Below, in pieces: positions 63,184-64,000 of a stretch of 64,000 nt of DNA. Below the pieces are notes generated by a model. It worked only from the letters and a program-made list of their open reading frames with translations, was not told where the DNA came from and did no database searches. Position 1 is the stretch's first letter, and every line of letters begins with the position of its first letter. The stretch comes from Octopus bimaculoides (taxonomy: Eukaryota), in NCBI RefSeq assembly GCF_001194135.2, contig NC_069003.1:22897017-22961016 (forward strand). The letters are read 5' to 3'. A program made the position numbers and the translations under genes.

Positions 63184-64000
63184 CAACCACATTGCAAAGG
63201 AGAGAGTTCTAGTATAAAATTTATTAGGAGTTTAAAGACAAATGGGGTTCATAGGTAGCCAACTCAAGAGATTCTCATATATAATTTAAGAGTTGATAGA
63301 GCTTACAAACTGTACAACTAATTCTCTAGAAAGCTCAAGCGAGACACACACACCAGTTCCCACATCTGGAACTATACTATACAAATATCGTAGACTGCAT
63401 CCAAAGAAGTCTCTCACCAACACACTGCAACTTCTGGTCAATAGACATACTGTGTTCTTTCTATGCTTGTTATACCACCGTTACTGTCACTTCCGATCTT
63501 CGGAGATGGATGGTCTCGTGTAACTCTGACTCACTCGTAACTCCTTCTTCACCCATATTGAACCCATCTCCTAATCACAAAGTAAACATTACTCGTTGAT
63601 ATCGATTCTTTAAAATTATTTTGTTTATGTGATTGTTCTTTTTCGAAGTTTGCAATGATAACTACCTCTGGATGGCGAATGACAGGTGAATTCCTACTCG
63701 ACTTATAAGTAGTTTTTGTTCGTTTTTAGTGAGAACTGCGGTGCCAGCGATATTTTTAGGAATCTCAAGACTGGTTTTAGAAAAGGAATAAGTTATCTTT
63801 AAGTCAGAATGCTTGCTTGCAACAAACAATATTCCCCTAAGGGCACAGTTTAACAGATTAAGCTTACCTATACCAAATAGGAATACAAAGCTTTGATTGA
63901 CCCTTAGTTATAGTAGAAGACATATGCCCAAGGTGCCTCACAGTGAGTTCGAACCAGAAACCATGCTGTTTTAAGTGGACATCTTAAACACACGGCCAGG

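Overview
AT-rich, repeat-dense animal genomic DNA with many N gaps. The SINE families and TA/CA microsatellite load look like a coleoid cephalopod (Octopus-like); this is an inference and was not verified. Two host genes are supported. (1) A six-exon + strand SLC16/monocarboxylate-transporter-family MFS gene, 1990-37250. All five internal junctions are phase-consistent; the start-codon exon was not found and is probably upstream of the window. (2) A single-coding-exon - strand tRNA 2'-phosphotransferase (TRPT1/Tpt1/KptA), 42924-43526, convergent with it. The rest is mostly mobile-element debris: several tRNA-derived SINE families (some with clear target-site duplications), a decayed Ty3/Gypsy element with nested SINEs, a Tigger/pogo fossil, a probable Chapaev-type fossil, CRE-like and R4/Dong-like RLE-LINE fragments, mariner-type MITEs, and long AT-flanked palindromes. 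The most unusual items are a Penelope-like 3' end carrying a tRNA-like Pol III cassette and a minimal hammerhead-like motif (34487-34910), a GG-ended MITE with an 8-bp TSD and a central telomere-repeat hairpin (10574-11141), and the compact intronless TRPT1. No CRISPR, rRNA or intact tRNA gene was seen. Most long ORFs in the supplied track are microsatellite or N-gap artefacts. Repeat boundaries were read by eye and are approximate unless a TSD or TIR is given.
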